Below, piece after piece: positions 63,487-64,000 of a DNA stretch of 64,000 nt. Numbering within the stretch: the first letter of the stretch is position 1; each line of letters opens with the position of its first letter. A program made the translations under genes and the position numbers. Origin of the DNA: Octopus vulgaris. Taxonomy: Eukaryota. Below the pieces are notes generated by a model. That model ran no database searches, was not told the origin of the DNA, and saw only the letters and a list, made by a program, of their open reading frames with translations. The stretch is from positions 11,036,001 through 11,100,000 of the forward strand of contig OX597842.1 in assembly GCA_951406725.2 (NCBI GenBank), read 5' to 3'.

Positions 63487-64000
63487 TTCCTGTCGTCGGC
63501 GTCCTTATTGGAGCAATTATGCATCGTTATTGCTCTTATCGTCCCAGTCGCTATTATTGTTGTGTTTGTTGTTGTTGTTAATACTTTATTCAATATTACA
63601 CACATTTCGCTGCGTCGCTGTTAAAAATGTCCGCAGTACAATCGTTTTTTTTTTTTCTTGTCTTCCGTTTATCGAATCGGTCATGTTTGTGCATTTAACG
63701 AGAATGCTTTCTCAGTGTTTTTCTTGTTCTATACAAAATTTTCTGTTTATTATTAAATATGGGAGAGCGAGGGCGAGAGAGAGAGAGAAGCCGTGGGAAG
63801 GGGTCCCTCCTTATGTTCTCCTTTTTCTTTTAGTTTTCTCGTTTCTGTTCGCTTGCAGGCGCCATCTTTGTTGGTTGTCTGTCAACAAGATGGAAAACTA
63901 AATATTCTTACGAAACGGACATTAAAACAATTCTTCCCTATCAGGAAATGTGTCTCTGCACTTTGGAAAAAAAAATGGGTTTCTTGAGAAACGCTGCAAC

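Overview
Eukaryotic, gene-poor, AT-rich DNA, most likely intronic or intergenic. The repeat landscape looks like an octopus (cephalopod) genome; this is an inference from the SINE families and the very long TA/TATG/GATA/GGT/AAT microsatellites. I cannot support any intact host CDS, tRNA, rRNA or CRISPR array, and nearly all long ORFs in the track are microsatellite translations. The window contains four tRNA-head SINE families, often multimerised, and decayed fragments of RTE, R4/Dong-like and Tx1-like LINEs. It also contains a Merlin (IS1595/ISXO2-like) transposase remnant, non-autonomous Helitron-like elements including a 5-unit head-to-tail array, and two minisatellite arrays. The strongest hidden signal is about 7 well-formed and several decayed type I hammerhead ribozyme motifs, read by eye, from about 9 apparently unrelated short non-coding elements. 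Most carry palindromic stem III regions and sit between or inside inverted repeats, often within (TA)n, which matches Penelope-like pseudo-LTR architecture. The second signal is a (GATA)n-embedded Tx1-like LINE whose 3' tail is shared with one SINE family. A TATA/Inr/first-exon candidate (2631-2770) and several unique-sequence islands suggest host regulatory DNA, but these are unconfirmed.
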